From assembly GCA_002841315.1 (NCBI GenBank), contig PHEW01000014.1, positions 183 to 64,182 of the forward strand: a DNA stretch of 64,000 nt, written 5' to 3'. The notes beneath the pieces are model-generated. The model searched no databases. It saw only the letters and a program-made list of their open reading frames with translations, and had not been told where the DNA came from. The DNA comes from Actinobacteria bacterium HGW-Actinobacteria-4. GTDB taxonomy: Bacteria; Actinomycetota; Actinomycetes; Actinomycetales; Demequinaceae. Within the stretch, counting starts at the first letter, position 1, and each line of letters opens with the position of its first letter. This document shows, in pieces, positions 38,464 through 48,265 of the stretch. A program made the translations under genes and the position numbers.

Positions 38464-39560
38464 GACAACTCCTTTGCTAGTCGAAGGTGCATCGCGTGGG
38501 ACCACAGGAGAGGGGTCGCCACGGTGCCCCATCGGTCAGTCCATTCGCGCAGGTGCGAGGGATCGAGGAGATGGGTGCCCACTTGTTCTGGCATGTCCAG
38601 CTGAGCCGTGACAGTGCTCGCCGCCCAGCGCTCGTAGTAGTGGGCAGCATGCTCATTACCTTGCGCGTGATGCGCGAGGCCCAGGAAGCACGACAAGAGT
38701 GGCCACAGGCCGCCGCCGTAGAAGGTGTCGCCTAGGTACCGGTGGGTCCCACCGTCATGGACCAGCATCTCCTCGATCGCGACGATCGTCGCGATCGCGA
38801 TGGGGTCGTTGGCGTCGATCACCTGCAACGGCTCGATAAGTGACGCCAGGCTTGCGTCGACGTCGGTCGAGCCGATCCACTTCACGAGGTGGCCGTCGTG
38901 CACGCCTTGGGTGCGGATCAGATGGGTGATCTCCGATGCCGTTGCCTCAGCTTGCGACGCGAGTTCGTCATCCAGGACGTTCAGACGAATCGCTGCGCTG
39001 AGTCCTGCCGCCACACAGCCCAGGGTGGACACGTGACGCTGCTCTACGTGTTCCTCCCACCAGTCGTAACAGGGACGATGCCATGAGGACACCAGATAGG
39101 CGACCGTGAGTTTGATGGCTTGGGAGTAGGGCGCCACGGCGCTGCCGTGGCGCGCAACGTGGGCACCCAATGCCCACAGCCACGTCCCATACCCATCGAG
39201 TTGGAAGTCCCACCAGTCGTGTGATCCGCGTTGATGATCGAAAGTGAAGCGAGTGGGAAGCATTTCCTCGTCCGGAACCGGGCGTCCCGCAGCTTGGGCG
39301 GCCACCACCCGGTTCACATCGTCCTCGACGGTGATGATCGCAGCCGCGCACCAGTCAAAGAACTGTTCAGCGGATGCGACGTCGTTCCATGAGGACATCG
39401 CGTCGGCAATGAATGATCCGTCGCGGAACCAGCAGTAGCCTCGGTACGCCGAGAACTCGGGGCTCGCAGGGTACGCGCCTTCCGCTGTCTGAAGAGAGGT
39501 GATCAACGCGCGGGAGTGGTTGACAAGGTGGTCTAGGGTGACAGGAGCCGCCGAAGGCAT
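38457..39560 (-). CDS. glycoside hydrolase family 15 (catalytic (alpha/alpha)6 domain only)
   Basis: 367 aa. YCWFRDGSF, DGYGTWLWAL, GGLWPLL blocks. No N-terminal beta-sandwich domain. Confidence 0.8.
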   Translation of the reverse strand: MPSAAPVTLDHLVNHSRALITSLQTAEGAYPASPEFSAYRGYCWFRDGSFIADAMSSWNDVASAEQFFDWCAAAIITVEDDVNRVVAAQAAGRPVPDEEMLPTRFTFDHQRGSHDWWDFQLDGYGTWLWALGAHVARHGSAVAPYSQAIKLTVAYLVSSWHRPCYDWWEEHVEQRHVSTLGCVAAGLSAAIRLNVLDDELASQAEATASEITHLIRTQGVHDGHLVKWIGSTDVDASLASLIEPLQVIDANDPIAIATIVAIEEMLVHDGGTHRYLGDTFYGGGLWPLLSCFLGLAHHAQGNEHAAHYYERWAASTVTAQLDMPEQVGTHLLDPSHLREWTDRWGTVATPLLWSHAMHLRLAKELSC

Positions 39561-39651
39561 GGTGGTTTTCTCGATTCTTTCTCGCGGAGAGTACTCTCAG
39601 AAGGTGGCTGGTGGCGGCGAGTTCTGGGCGCCGCCACCAGCCACGTTTGAC

Positions 39652-40917
39652 CTATCCGAGCAGCGAGTTAATCGCGGCTTCGGCGTTGCTTAGAGCCTGG
39701 TCCACGGTGATACGACCCGCGGCAGCTTCGCCCAACTGTTCGGAGATGATGTCCTGCATTTGAGCTTGACCGTCCTTGATCACGGGTGGCAATGCAATGC
39801 CGTTGAGTGAGTCAAACACTGCCTGCCGGTTTGCCGGACTTGTCTGGTCAAGGTATGCGGCCAGTTGAGCGTCGTTCGAGATCGCAGGCAACTCCCAGCC
39901 GGACCCAAGCCGGACGTCGACCATGGTCTGAGAGCTCGTCAGGAACTCGGCGAAGAGTTGCGCCGCCTCCTTGTGCTCGGAAGAAGCCGCGACCGCGACC
40001 GCGTTGGAGAACACCGCAGACGCCGCGCGGGCCTTGCCTGGTTCGACCACGATGTCCCAGTCGAAGCTGGAGTCAGCGGCAACCCCGAAGTTCCAGATGC
40101 CCGTGACCCACATGCCCAGCTTGCCGTCGGCCCAGAGGCCTGAGTCGAAGTCCGGCGTGCCTGCGCCTTGAGCCTCCGTGGGCATGACGTCGCCCGACTT
40201 GCGGATCAACCACTCCGCGGCCGCCACGCCTTCCGGCGAGTTGAATGCCACGGCGGTGCCATCGGCGTTCAGGAACTGACCACCGGCCTGAGCCAGCGCC
40301 TTGTAGTACTCGTAGAACGAGATGGGCTGGTACAGCCCCCAAACGCCAGCATCGGCATCTGTCAGGGTTTCTGCCGCGGCATAGACCTCATCCCAGGTCC
40401 ACGTACCGTCAGGGTAGGCGATGCCGGCTTCGTCGAACAGTGTTGCGTTGTAGTACATGACTACCGCGGAGAACGACGTGGGAAGTGCGTGCATCGTTCC
40501 GTTGGTCGAGTATGCCTCCGCGATATCTCCGCGGTATACCGACGTGTCGACGCCCTCAAGTGGGGCAAGCAATCCGAGTGACTGGAATGCCGGGTAGTTG
40601 GCGTACTCGATGTCAAAGACGTCCGCGCCGGTTCCCGCAGCGACATCGATCTGTAGCGTCGTGAAGTAGTCGGCGTAGGGTAGCGTCTCGACCTCGACGG
40701 TGATGTACGGGTACTCGTTGTTGAAGGCCTCGATGATGGTCGCGAGGTTATCCTCGTTGCCATTGTCTGAGATGAAGTTCGAGTACGTGATCGTGACCGG
40801 GTCAGCGCTGTCAGTGCTGCCGTTCGGCGATCCTTCACTGGCTGGCTCGGTGGCGCAGGCAGTGAGGGCTAAGGCGCTGGCGACGATGCCAATGCCAATT
40901 CTTGATAGTGAACGCAT
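39652..40917 (-). CDS. sugar ABC transporter substrate-binding lipoprotein
   Basis: MRSLSRIGIGIVASALALTAC lipobox, family-1 SBP length. RBS GGAGGA before ATG 40917. Confidence 0.88.
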   Translation of the reverse strand: MRSLSRIGIGIVASALALTACATEPASEGSPNGSTDSADPVTITYSNFISDNGNEDNLATIIEAFNNEYPYITVEVETLPYADYFTTLQIDVAAGTGADVFDIEYANYPAFQSLGLLAPLEGVDTSVYRGDIAEAYSTNGTMHALPTSFSAVVMYYNATLFDEAGIAYPDGTWTWDEVYAAAETLTDADAGVWGLYQPISFYEYYKALAQAGGQFLNADGTAVAFNSPEGVAAAEWLIRKSGDVMPTEAQGAGTPDFDSGLWADGKLGMWVTGIWNFGVAADSSFDWDIVVEPGKARAASAVFSNAVAVAASSEHKEAAQLFAEFLTSSQTMVDVRLGSGWELPAISNDAQLAAYLDQTSPANRQAVFDSLNGIALPPVIKDGQAQMQDIISEQLGEAAAGRITVDQALSNAEAAINSLLG

Positions 40918-40952
40918 TGCGTTTCCTCCGTTGTGTTCTGGGTTTTCTCGGA

Positions 40953-41771
40953 TCATTTCAGTCCCGAGCCTGTTGCGCCCTGAACCACGTACTTCTGCGC
41001 GAAGACGTACAGGGCAAGCATGGGCAGGATGCTAATGACCGACCCGGCCATCAAGACATCCCACTGGGTGGCGTGCTGACCTTGCAGCGAGGCCAGAGCG
41101 ACCGGAAGGGTCTTCAGCCCATCAGCGCGCAGCACGATGAGTGGCCACAGGAAGCTGTTCCAACTACTCATGAAACCAAATACCGCGAACGTTGCCAGCG
41201 CGGGCTTGATGAGGGGGAGCACGATGGTCGTGAAGATTCTCACACGCCCCGCGCCGTCGATCGTCGCGGCCTCGTCGAACTCTCGCGGCACCGTGGCGAT
41301 TGCCTGCCTCAATAGGAAGACGCCGAACGCGCTGGCAGTCGAGGGCAAGATCACGCCCCAGTAGGAGTTGATGAGGCCCATGTCGCGCATCTGAGTGAAG
41401 AGCGGCACGATGAGGACCTGGATGGGGATCATCATGGTCGCGAGGTACACGGCGAACATGACCCGTTTGCCGGGGAAGTCGAACCGGGCGAATCCGTAGG
41501 CGGCGAGCGCACTTGTCGCGACTTGCAGGAAGGTGATGATGACCGCGAGGCCTACCGAGTTGAGCACTGCGCGGCCAAAGTTTGTTGTTCCGAAGAGCGT
41601 GAAGTAGGCGTCAAGCGAGGGGTCCTCAGGAATCAGGCTGGGGGTGGCACTGAGGCCTGCACCCGAGGTAAGCGACGTGATGAGGGTCCACACGAAGGGG
41701 AAGACCATGGCCAGCGCGCCGAGGATCAGCAGCGCGACGAGCAGTCCTCGTGTGAGCAAGCGACTACGCAT
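40953..41771 (-). CDS. carbohydrate ABC transporter permease
   Basis: 272 aa, 6 TM, EAA-like loop (EFDEAATIDGAGRVRIF). Confidence 0.9.
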   Translation of the reverse strand: MRSRLLTRGLLVALLILGALAMVFPFVWTLITSLTSGAGLSATPSLIPEDPSLDAYFTLFGTTNFGRAVLNSVGLAVIITFLQVATSALAAYGFARFDFPGKRVMFAVYLATMMIPIQVLIVPLFTQMRDMGLINSYWGVILPSTASAFGVFLLRQAIATVPREFDEAATIDGAGRVRIFTTIVLPLIKPALATFAVFGFMSSWNSFLWPLIVLRADGLKTLPVALASLQGQHATQWDVLMAGSVISILPMLALYVFAQKYVVQGATGSGLK

Positions 41772-42681
41772 ACGTCACCCACCTCTTCTCGCCCTTGATC
41801 TGAATGAGAGTGATAGCTAGGACGATCGCGAACAGCAGCATTGATAGCGCTGACGCCATCCCCGCCTCGCCGTACCTGAACGCCAAGGTGTATATCCGCA
41901 GCACAACGACGTCAGAGGAACCAGCTGGCCCGCCGCCCGTCATGGCGTACACCTGGTCAAACACCTGGAAGCCGTTGATGAGCGAGATGATCACCACAAA
42001 GAAGATGGACGGCGAAAGTAGCGGTAGCGTCACGGATCGCAGGCGCCGCCATGCGTTGGCACCGTCGAGCATCGCGGCCTCGCGGATCTCTTGAGGTATT
42101 GCCTGGAGTCCGGCAAGGAGCAGGACCATTACGAAGCCCAAGTCCTTCCAGGCGCTGGCAAGGATGATGGAGGGTAGCGACCACTGGGGGTCAGTCCACC
42201 AGCCGGGGCCTTCGATGCCGATCGTTGCGAGGACGTTGTTCACGACCCCAACCGAAGGGTTGAGGAGCCAGCGCCAGACGATCGCTACCGCGATCCAGCT
42301 GGTGATGACCGGCAAGAAGTAGATGCCTCGAAGCAGGTTGCGCCCCTTGATGGCGCGGTTCAGCGCGAGTGCGAGCATGAGCCCACCGATGAAGACCAGC
42401 GGAACGGTGCCGACGATGTAGAGCACCGTGTTGCCGAAGGCCCTGAGGGTGGCACTGTCGGTAAACAGCTCGCCGTAGTTGCCGAGGCCAACCCACACCG
42501 GGTCCGAGATGAGGTTCCACTGAAAGAGGCTGTTCCTGGCAGCGCCGAACATCGGGTACAGCACAAATGCTGCGAGCGGAATCGCGGACGGTGCCAGAAA
42601 GAGATACGCGGTGGCGATGTGTCGGCGACGGCGTGCGCGTGCGGGCGCCGATGCGGGTGCCGAGGCCAGCCGCGCCGTCAT
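41764..42681 (-). CDS. carbohydrate ABC transporter permease
   Basis: 305 aa, 6 TM, EAA loop (IREAAMLDGANAWRRLRSVTLP). Confidence 0.9.
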   Translation of the reverse strand: MTARLASAPASAPARARRRRHIATAYLFLAPSAIPLAAFVLYPMFGAARNSLFQWNLISDPVWVGLGNYGELFTDSATLRAFGNTVLYIVGTVPLVFIGGLMLALALNRAIKGRNLLRGIYFLPVITSWIAVAIVWRWLLNPSVGVVNNVLATIGIEGPGWWTDPQWSLPSIILASAWKDLGFVMVLLLAGLQAIPQEIREAAMLDGANAWRRLRSVTLPLLSPSIFFVVIISLINGFQVFDQVYAMTGGGPAGSSDVVVLRIYTLAFRYGEAGMASALSMLLFAIVLAITLIQIKGEKRWVTYA

Positions 42682-43886
42682 GATGGGGCCCCTGCATGCG
42701 TGGTGAGGCGCTCGCGGATGAGGTGCCCCTGTTTTCCCGACACTCCGGCATCGTCAAATGGCGTGCTGAGGATGAGGCAAGCCGCGCCTTGAGCCCAGCG
42801 GTCGTCTTGCCAGCCTTCAACGACCACTTGAATTCCGCGCTTCTGAGGGATCAACGCGGGGCGGAAGGCTGGTTCGAATCCTGCAGCCCACAGTGGCCAT
42901 GATGCTGCGCCTTCTCCCAACACGATGACAATCTCGGGGTCAAGCGTGTTGACCACTCCGGCGACGGCGCGGCCGAAGAGCCGGCCCGCGTTGGCGAACA
43001 CCTCCTGTGCCCGTGGATCGCCCGCGGCACCACGCACCTCGAGTGCGCCGATGCCGTCGTGCGGGCCGATGACGCCAGCACTACGCGCTTGGCGAACCAG
43101 CGATTCCTCTTTGATCGCGGCCTCAAGACAGCCCGTTGCCCCGCAGTTGCACACGGGCCCATCTGTCGTGACGGGGATGTGGCCGATCTCGCCCGCATTG
43201 CCCGAGTGGCCGCGGATGATTGACCCGTGAGAGACGATTCCTGCTCCCACGCCGGAGCCGATAGTCACGACGAGGAAGTGGTCGTGACCCCGGCCGGTGC
43301 CGTAGAGGGATTCGGCAAGCGCGAGCGCGGACACGTTGTTGTCGATGAGGACAGGCAGGTTCGTTGCACTCTGGAGGGCGCTACCGAGCGGAACATTCGT
43401 CCAGCCCAGCTGGGTGGAGTTGACGGAGTGTTCGCTCTGTTCTTGAACGCTTCCTGGGATCCCTACGCCAATTCCTAGCTGGGTGCGGCGCGTGGACAGC
43501 TTCACGACCTCACTGACGGCTGTCACGAGCGTCGCGAGTGCGTGAGGGCTGGACGCTTCGAAGTCGCGTGTTTCCACATGTGTCACTTCACCGTCGATGC
43601 CAACCTCAACCATGGTGAGGTGATCAGGAGCGACCTTGACGCCGATCGCACCGATGTCGTGAGAAGCGAGCCCTATGAGTTGGGCCGGGCGCCCTCCTCG
43701 CGATGGCGAGTGTGTGAGTTCGATGATGAGTTGATCGGCGAGAAGTTCGCGAGCGAGCTTGGTGACGAGGGCGGGCGACACCTCGAGGGAGCGGGCGATC
43801 TCTGCGCGAGAAGCTGCGCCGTGGGTGCCGAGGAACGCCAAGACAGCGGCTCGGCTGGCATTGGTTCGCGTCGAGGAAAGCGCCAC
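42678..43886 (-). CDS. ROK family transcriptional regulator
   Basis: N-terminal wHTH (SRAEIARSLEVSPALVTKLAREL). ROK sugar-kinase-like domain with Cys motif CNCGATGCLE. GTG 43886 is preceded by AAGGAG. Stop overlaps the first permease start. Confidence 0.88.
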   Translation of the reverse strand: MALSSTRTNASRAAVLAFLGTHGAASRAEIARSLEVSPALVTKLARELLADQLIIELTHSPSRGGRPAQLIGLASHDIGAIGVKVAPDHLTMVEVGIDGEVTHVETRDFEASSPHALATLVTAVSEVVKLSTRRTQLGIGVGIPGSVQEQSEHSVNSTQLGWTNVPLGSALQSATNLPVLIDNNVSALALAESLYGTGRGHDHFLVVTIGSGVGAGIVSHGSIIRGHSGNAGEIGHIPVTTDGPVCNCGATGCLEAAIKEESLVRQARSAGVIGPHDGIGALEVRGAAGDPRAQEVFANAGRLFGRAVAGVVNTLDPEIVIVLGEGAASWPLWAAGFEPAFRPALIPQKRGIQVVVEGWQDDRWAQGAACLILSTPFDDAGVSGKQGHLIRERLTTHAGAPS

Positions 43887-44130
43887 GGTGTTACTCCTTT
43901 GTTCACTCGTGAAGTTACTGTAGAACAAAGTCGGTTTGGTGTCAAGCCCCTTCGCACATTCGGTCTCGGACTGGGAGTCGCGAGGGTGTGTGGCACAATA
44001 GATCTTCGGTGCTCACGACGCGACGCCCTGCCACAGGGGGGCCCGCATCTCCGTCGAGTGCTTTCACCTATGAATGCCCCCCGGGGCAGATACCGCGCGG
44101 GACCTGTGGCGTGTGCGAGGAGCAGCAATC

Positions 44131-44478
44131 ATGCAGAAGCTAGACGGCGTAACCGCGGGCCAACTCCGCGACGACATCCCGGCTTTCCGTGCCGGTGACA
44201 CCATCAAGGTCCACGTGAAGGTTGTCGAAGGCACCCGTTCACGTATCCAGGTCTTCCAGGGCATCGTTATTGGCCGTCAGGGTCACGGCATTGGTGCCAC
44301 CTTCACCGTGCGCAAGATCTCGTTCGGCGTGGGCGTGGAGCGCACCTTCCCGGTGAACGCACCCACCATCGACCAGATCGAGGTAGTGAGCCGCGGCGAC
44401 GTGCGCCGCGCCAAGCTGTACTACCTGCGTGGCCTGCGCGGTAAGGCAGCGCGCATCCGCGAGAAGCGCGAGAACTAA
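44131..44478 (+). CDS. rplS: 50S ribosomal protein L19
   Basis: [34 protein letters not shown]..., 115 aa. RBS GAGGAG. Confidence 0.96.
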   Translation: MQKLDGVTAGQLRDDIPAFRAGDTIKVHVKVVEGTRSRIQVFQGIVIGRQGHGIGATFTVRKISFGVGVERTFPVNAPTIDQIEVVSRGDVRRAKLYYLRGLRGKAARIREKREN

Positions 44479-44570
44479 TCATCAGCACCAGCTTCGACGA
44501 GCCGGCGGCCAGGGCACAAGCCCCGTCCGCCGGTCGTCGTTTCTGGCGATGGCTCAAGGAACTGCTGATC

Positions 44571-45197
44571 GTGGTGGTCAGCGCCTTGGTGTTGTCGCTG
44601 ATTCTCAAGACGTTCTTCATTCAGTCCTTCTGGATCCCGTCATCCTCGATGGAGGACACCCTGCAAGAGGGTGATCGCATCCTGGTGACCAAGTGGCGCC
44701 CCGGACCTCTCGAATTGCGTCGCGGTGACGTGGTGGTGTTCAAGGATCCGGGCAACTGGCTCAACGGCGTGGTCCAGCCCGAGCCCACGGGACTCGCCAA
44801 GATCAGTAACGATGTTCTGACGTTTACGGGTTTGCTTCCGGAGGACTCCGGTGAGCACCTCGTCAAGCGCGTGGTGGGACTGCCTGGCGACACCGTGGTG
44901 TGTTGCGACGCCGACGGCTATCTGACTGTCAACGACCAGCGCGTGGTGGAGCCGTACTTGAAGCCCGGCGTCGAGCCCTCCACCACGGAGTTCTCCATCC
45001 TGGTGCCGGACGGCTACCTCTGGGTGATGGGCGACAACCGTCCGAACAGTGCTGACTCTCGCGCCCACACCGGCGAACCCGGTGGCGGCACCATCCCGCT
45101 CGACAATGTGGTGGGCACGGCGTTCGTGACCGTGTGGCCACTCGAGAGCTGGCGCGGCCTCGGCAACCCATTCGGGGATCAGTCCGAGGACAACTAG
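44571..45197 (+). CDS. lepB: signal peptidase I (5' end uncertain, probably extends upstream)
   Basis: Catalytic Ser box IPSSSMEDTL, Lys box GEHLVKRVVGLPGD, GDNRPNSADSR. The first canonical start is GTG 44571, inside the TM helix. The in-frame upstream sequence back to 44478 encodes a typical positively charged flank. Confidence 0.85.
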   Translation: MVVSALVLSLILKTFFIQSFWIPSSSMEDTLQEGDRILVTKWRPGPLELRRGDVVVFKDPGNWLNGVVQPEPTGLAKISNDVLTFTGLLPEDSGEHLVKRVVGLPGDTVVCCDADGYLTVNDQRVVEPYLKPGVEPSTTEFSILVPDGYLWVMGDNRPNSADSRAHTGEPGGGTIPLDNVVGTAFVTVWPLESWRGLGNPFGDQSEDN

Positions 45198-45198
45198 C

Positions 45199-45876
45199 GT
45201 GACCGTCTCGCTGGTGCGCGAATGCGAACTCTGGGATGCGGGTGCGCGAGTAGTCGCAGGCATTGACGAGGTGGGCCGAGGAGCCCTCGCCGGACCCGTG
45301 AGCGTGGGAGTGGTCGCGGTGACGCGCTGCGACGCCTGGCCCTCGGGACTCGCTGATTCGAAGCAACTTACTGCCCCTCGCCGTGTGCAGATGGCCGATG
45401 CCTTGGCTGGCTTTGGCGTGGCGCGCGCGGTGGGGCATGCCTCACCGGCGGAGATTGACGAGCACGGCATCGTCCCGGCACTGCGGGTGGCCGGGTGGCG
45501 AGCCCTCGCGCAGATCGCCGCCGAGGGAGTAGCGGTGGACGCTGTTCTGCTCGATGGTAAGCACGACTGGCTGATGCCGCCCAGCGCTGACTTGTTCGCA
45601 GCATCGGCCGCACGCGAGAATGTGCCCGCGTTGCCGGTGACCATGGTGATTGGCGGGGATAACCTGTGTGCGTCGATCGCTGCAGGGTCCGTGCTCGCGA
45701 AGGTTGAGCGGGACGCACTGATGGTCCAGGCCCACGGCGCACACCCGCACTATGGCTGGGACGGCAATAAGGGGTACGGTGCGGAGGGTCACCTTGACGC
45801 GTTGCGGCGACTGGGGCCTACGGCGATGCACCGGCGGTCGTGGAAGCTGCCTGAACGCGAGACAGTGGATGTGTAA
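45199..45876 (+). CDS. rnhB: ribonuclease HII
   Basis: GIDEVGRGALAGPVSVGVV and DSKQL motifs. 225 aa, GTG start. Confidence 0.93.
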   Translation: MTVSLVRECELWDAGARVVAGIDEVGRGALAGPVSVGVVAVTRCDAWPSGLADSKQLTAPRRVQMADALAGFGVARAVGHASPAEIDEHGIVPALRVAGWRALAQIAAEGVAVDAVLLDGKHDWLMPPSADLFAASAARENVPALPVTMVIGGDNLCASIAAGSVLAKVERDALMVQAHGAHPHYGWDGNKGYGAEGHLDALRRLGPTAMHRRSWKLPERETVDV

Positions 45877-45948
45877 TCGAGGCGCGCGCCTCACGGAGTT
45901 CCGGAGTGGCGCGTGCGGAGTGGAGTTGGTTGTGTCCATGATGAACGA

Positions 45949-46275
45949 GTGAGCAGCGAAGACCTCGAGAACTACGAGACCGATGCCGAACTCGCGCTGT
46001 ATCGCGAGTACCGGGACGTCGTGGGCCTGTTCCAGTATGTGGTCGAGACCGAGCGTCGGTTCTACTTGGCGAACAAGGTTGACCTGCAGGTGAAGGCGTC
46101 TGGCGGCGACGTGTATTTCGATGTGACGCTGGTCGACGCGTGGGTATGGGACGTGTACCGTTCGGCGCGGTTGGTGAAGAACGTGCGCGTGGTGACCTTC
46201 AAGGACGTCAACATCGAAGAGCTCTCTCACGACGAGGAATCCATGCCGGACCTACGCCAACTGCGCGGGCGGTAG
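45949..46275 (+). CDS. DUF2469 domain protein
   Basis: SSEDLENYETDAELALYREYRDVVGLFQYVVETERRFYLAN... is a conserved actinobacterial family found after rnhB. GTG 45949. Confidence 0.8.
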   Translation: MSSEDLENYETDAELALYREYRDVVGLFQYVVETERRFYLANKVDLQVKASGGDVYFDVTLVDAWVWDVYRSARLVKNVRVVTFKDVNIEELSHDEESMPDLRQLRGR

Positions 46276-46394
46276 CGCACATCCCCTTTCACTGATGTCC
46301 CCAGGGCCGATGCTGGGGTGACTTATCGTGCCAGGCTGAGCGAGCGTCGGCGCCGGTAAGGCCGGAGCGACCACCCTTGCGGGGGAGGTCAACG

Positions 46395-46751
46395 ATGGCT
46401 GTGAAGGATCAAGTAGGTCGCTACGGCGAAGACGTCGCTGCGCGCTATGTGCGGGAGTCCGGGTGGGACGTGCTCGCGCGGAACTGGCGATGCGCAGACG
46501 GCGAGCTCGACATTGTGGCGCTCGACGGCGGCGAGTTGGTGGCGATCGAGGTCAAGACGCGGCGCACCGGGACATTTGGCTCGCCTGCGGAGGCGGTGAC
46601 GCGGCGCAAACTCCGCCGGCTGAGAAGGCTCGTTGCGGCGTGGCTCGGGTCTCAACAGCAGAGCTTTGCCGGAGTGCGCGTTGATGTGATCGCGGTGACC
46701 GTCGCGAAAGCGGGCGCTGCACAGATTGAGCACCTGCGGGGCGTCGAATGA
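46395..46751 (+). CDS. YraN family (UPF0102) endonuclease-like protein
   Basis: GEDVAARYVRESGWDVLARNWRCADGELDIVA...VAIEVKTR. Confidence 0.88.
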   Translation: MAVKDQVGRYGEDVAARYVRESGWDVLARNWRCADGELDIVALDGGELVAIEVKTRRTGTFGSPAEAVTRRKLRRLRRLVAAWLGSQQQSFAGVRVDVIAVTVAKAGAAQIEHLRGVE

Positions 46752-48265
46752 TCGGGCGGACGCGGTCTGTCGTGCTTGCGGGGCTGCACGGCCACATCAT
46801 CGATGTGGAGGCCCACATCGCGGCGTCGCTGCCGGCCTTCACGATTGTGGGGCTCCCGGACGCCTCGCTCAACGAGTCACGGGACAGGGTGCGCGCCGCG
46901 GTGGCGTGCTCCGGGTTAGCGTGGCCCAACCGTCGCATCACGGTGAACCTGTCGCCGGCGTCGCTACCTAAGAGTGGTTCCGTTACAGATGTGGCGATTG
47001 CGGTGGCGGTCCTCGCGTCAGCAGGCATGGTCGATGCCGGCGCGGCCGCCGGGGCGGTTCACCTGGGGGAGTTGGGGCTGGACGGGCGGGTCCGGCCGGT
47101 GCGCGGGGTGCTACCCGCTGTGGCAGCTGCCGTGGGAGCGGGGTACGAGCGCGTGGTGGTTCCCGCGGGCAACGCTGCCGAGGCACGCTTGGTGCCCGGC
47201 GCGGCAGTGGTGCCTATCGCAACGCTTGCGGATCTAGCGCACCTCTACGGCAACACGGAGGCCCGCGCTTCCGAGGAGGCCCCCGTGGAGCAGGCGGTCA
47301 AGTCGCTGAGACTGGATAGGGCGCCGGATCTCGTTGACGTGCGCGGGCAGGACGAGGCCCGCTGGGCTCTCGAGGTCGCGGCAGCAGGCGGGCATCACCT
47401 GCTCATGGTGGGGCCTCCCGGCACGGGCAAGACCATGCTTGCGTCGCGCCTCCCGGGAATCCTGCCCGATCTGTCCGAAGAGGACGCCGTCGCGGCGACA
47501 TCGGTGCACTCGATCGCGGGGACGTTTGATCCGAGCGACGGACTTCTCCGGAGGCCGCCCTACGAGGCGCCGCACCACAGCGCGTCAGCGGCGGCGATCG
47601 TGGGCGGCGGCTCGCTGATGGCGCGGCCGGGGGCGGTCTCGCGCGCTCACGGAGGCGTGCTGTTCTTGGACGAGGCTCCCGAGTTTCCCACCCGCGTGCT
47701 GCAAACGCTGCGCCAGCCGCTCGAAGAAGGAGAGGTAGTCATTCATCGAGCTCAGGGAGCGGCACGCTATCCCGCCAGGTTTCAACTGGTGCTTGCCTCG
47801 AACCCGTGCCCGTGTGGCAACTTCTACGGTGCCGGAACCAAGTGCACCTGCGCGGCTTTGGCGCGACGGCGCTACTTTGGCAGGCTCTCGGGACCGCTTC
47901 TGGACCGTGTGGACCTGCAGGTGTCCGTGCACCCAGTAAGGCGAGGCTTCGCGGATGAAGGAGAGTCCACCGCGGCCGTGGCCGCCCGAGTAGCGCGAGC
48001 CCGTGAACGCGCACGGGTGCGGCTAGCGGCGCACGGCTGGCAGGTGAACTCGCAGGCCTCGGGCAGGTGGTTGCGACAGCACACCGATGCCGCGGCGGTC
48101 GCACCGGTGATGCGAGCGCTGGATCATGGGCAGCTGACGGCGCGCGGCGTCGATAGGGCTCTGAGAGTCGCGTGGACGCTTGCCGACCTCGCCGACCGTG
48201 ATAGGCCCACGTCCGACGACGTCAGCGCCGCCATGGTGCTGCGCTCCCGTGGAGGTGCAGCGTGA
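46748..48265 (+). CDS. YifB/ComM family Mg-chelatase-like ATPase
   Basis: N-terminal Lon-like domain, AAA+ Walker A GPPGTGKTM, FLDEAPEF, Cys cluster NPCPCG...C. 505 aa. Confidence 0.92.
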   Translation: MIGRTRSVVLAGLHGHIIDVEAHIAASLPAFTIVGLPDASLNESRDRVRAAVACSGLAWPNRRITVNLSPASLPKSGSVTDVAIAVAVLASAGMVDAGAAAGAVHLGELGLDGRVRPVRGVLPAVAAAVGAGYERVVVPAGNAAEARLVPGAAVVPIATLADLAHLYGNTEARASEEAPVEQAVKSLRLDRAPDLVDVRGQDEARWALEVAAAGGHHLLMVGPPGTGKTMLASRLPGILPDLSEEDAVAATSVHSIAGTFDPSDGLLRRPPYEAPHHSASAAAIVGGGSLMARPGAVSRAHGGVLFLDEAPEFPTRVLQTLRQPLEEGEVVIHRAQGAARYPARFQLVLASNPCPCGNFYGAGTKCTCAALARRRYFGRLSGPLLDRVDLQVSVHPVRRGFADEGESTAAVAARVARARERARVRLAAHGWQVNSQASGRWLRQHTDAAAVAPVMRALDHGQLTARGVDRALRVAWTLADLADRDRPTSDDVSAAMVLRSRGGAA

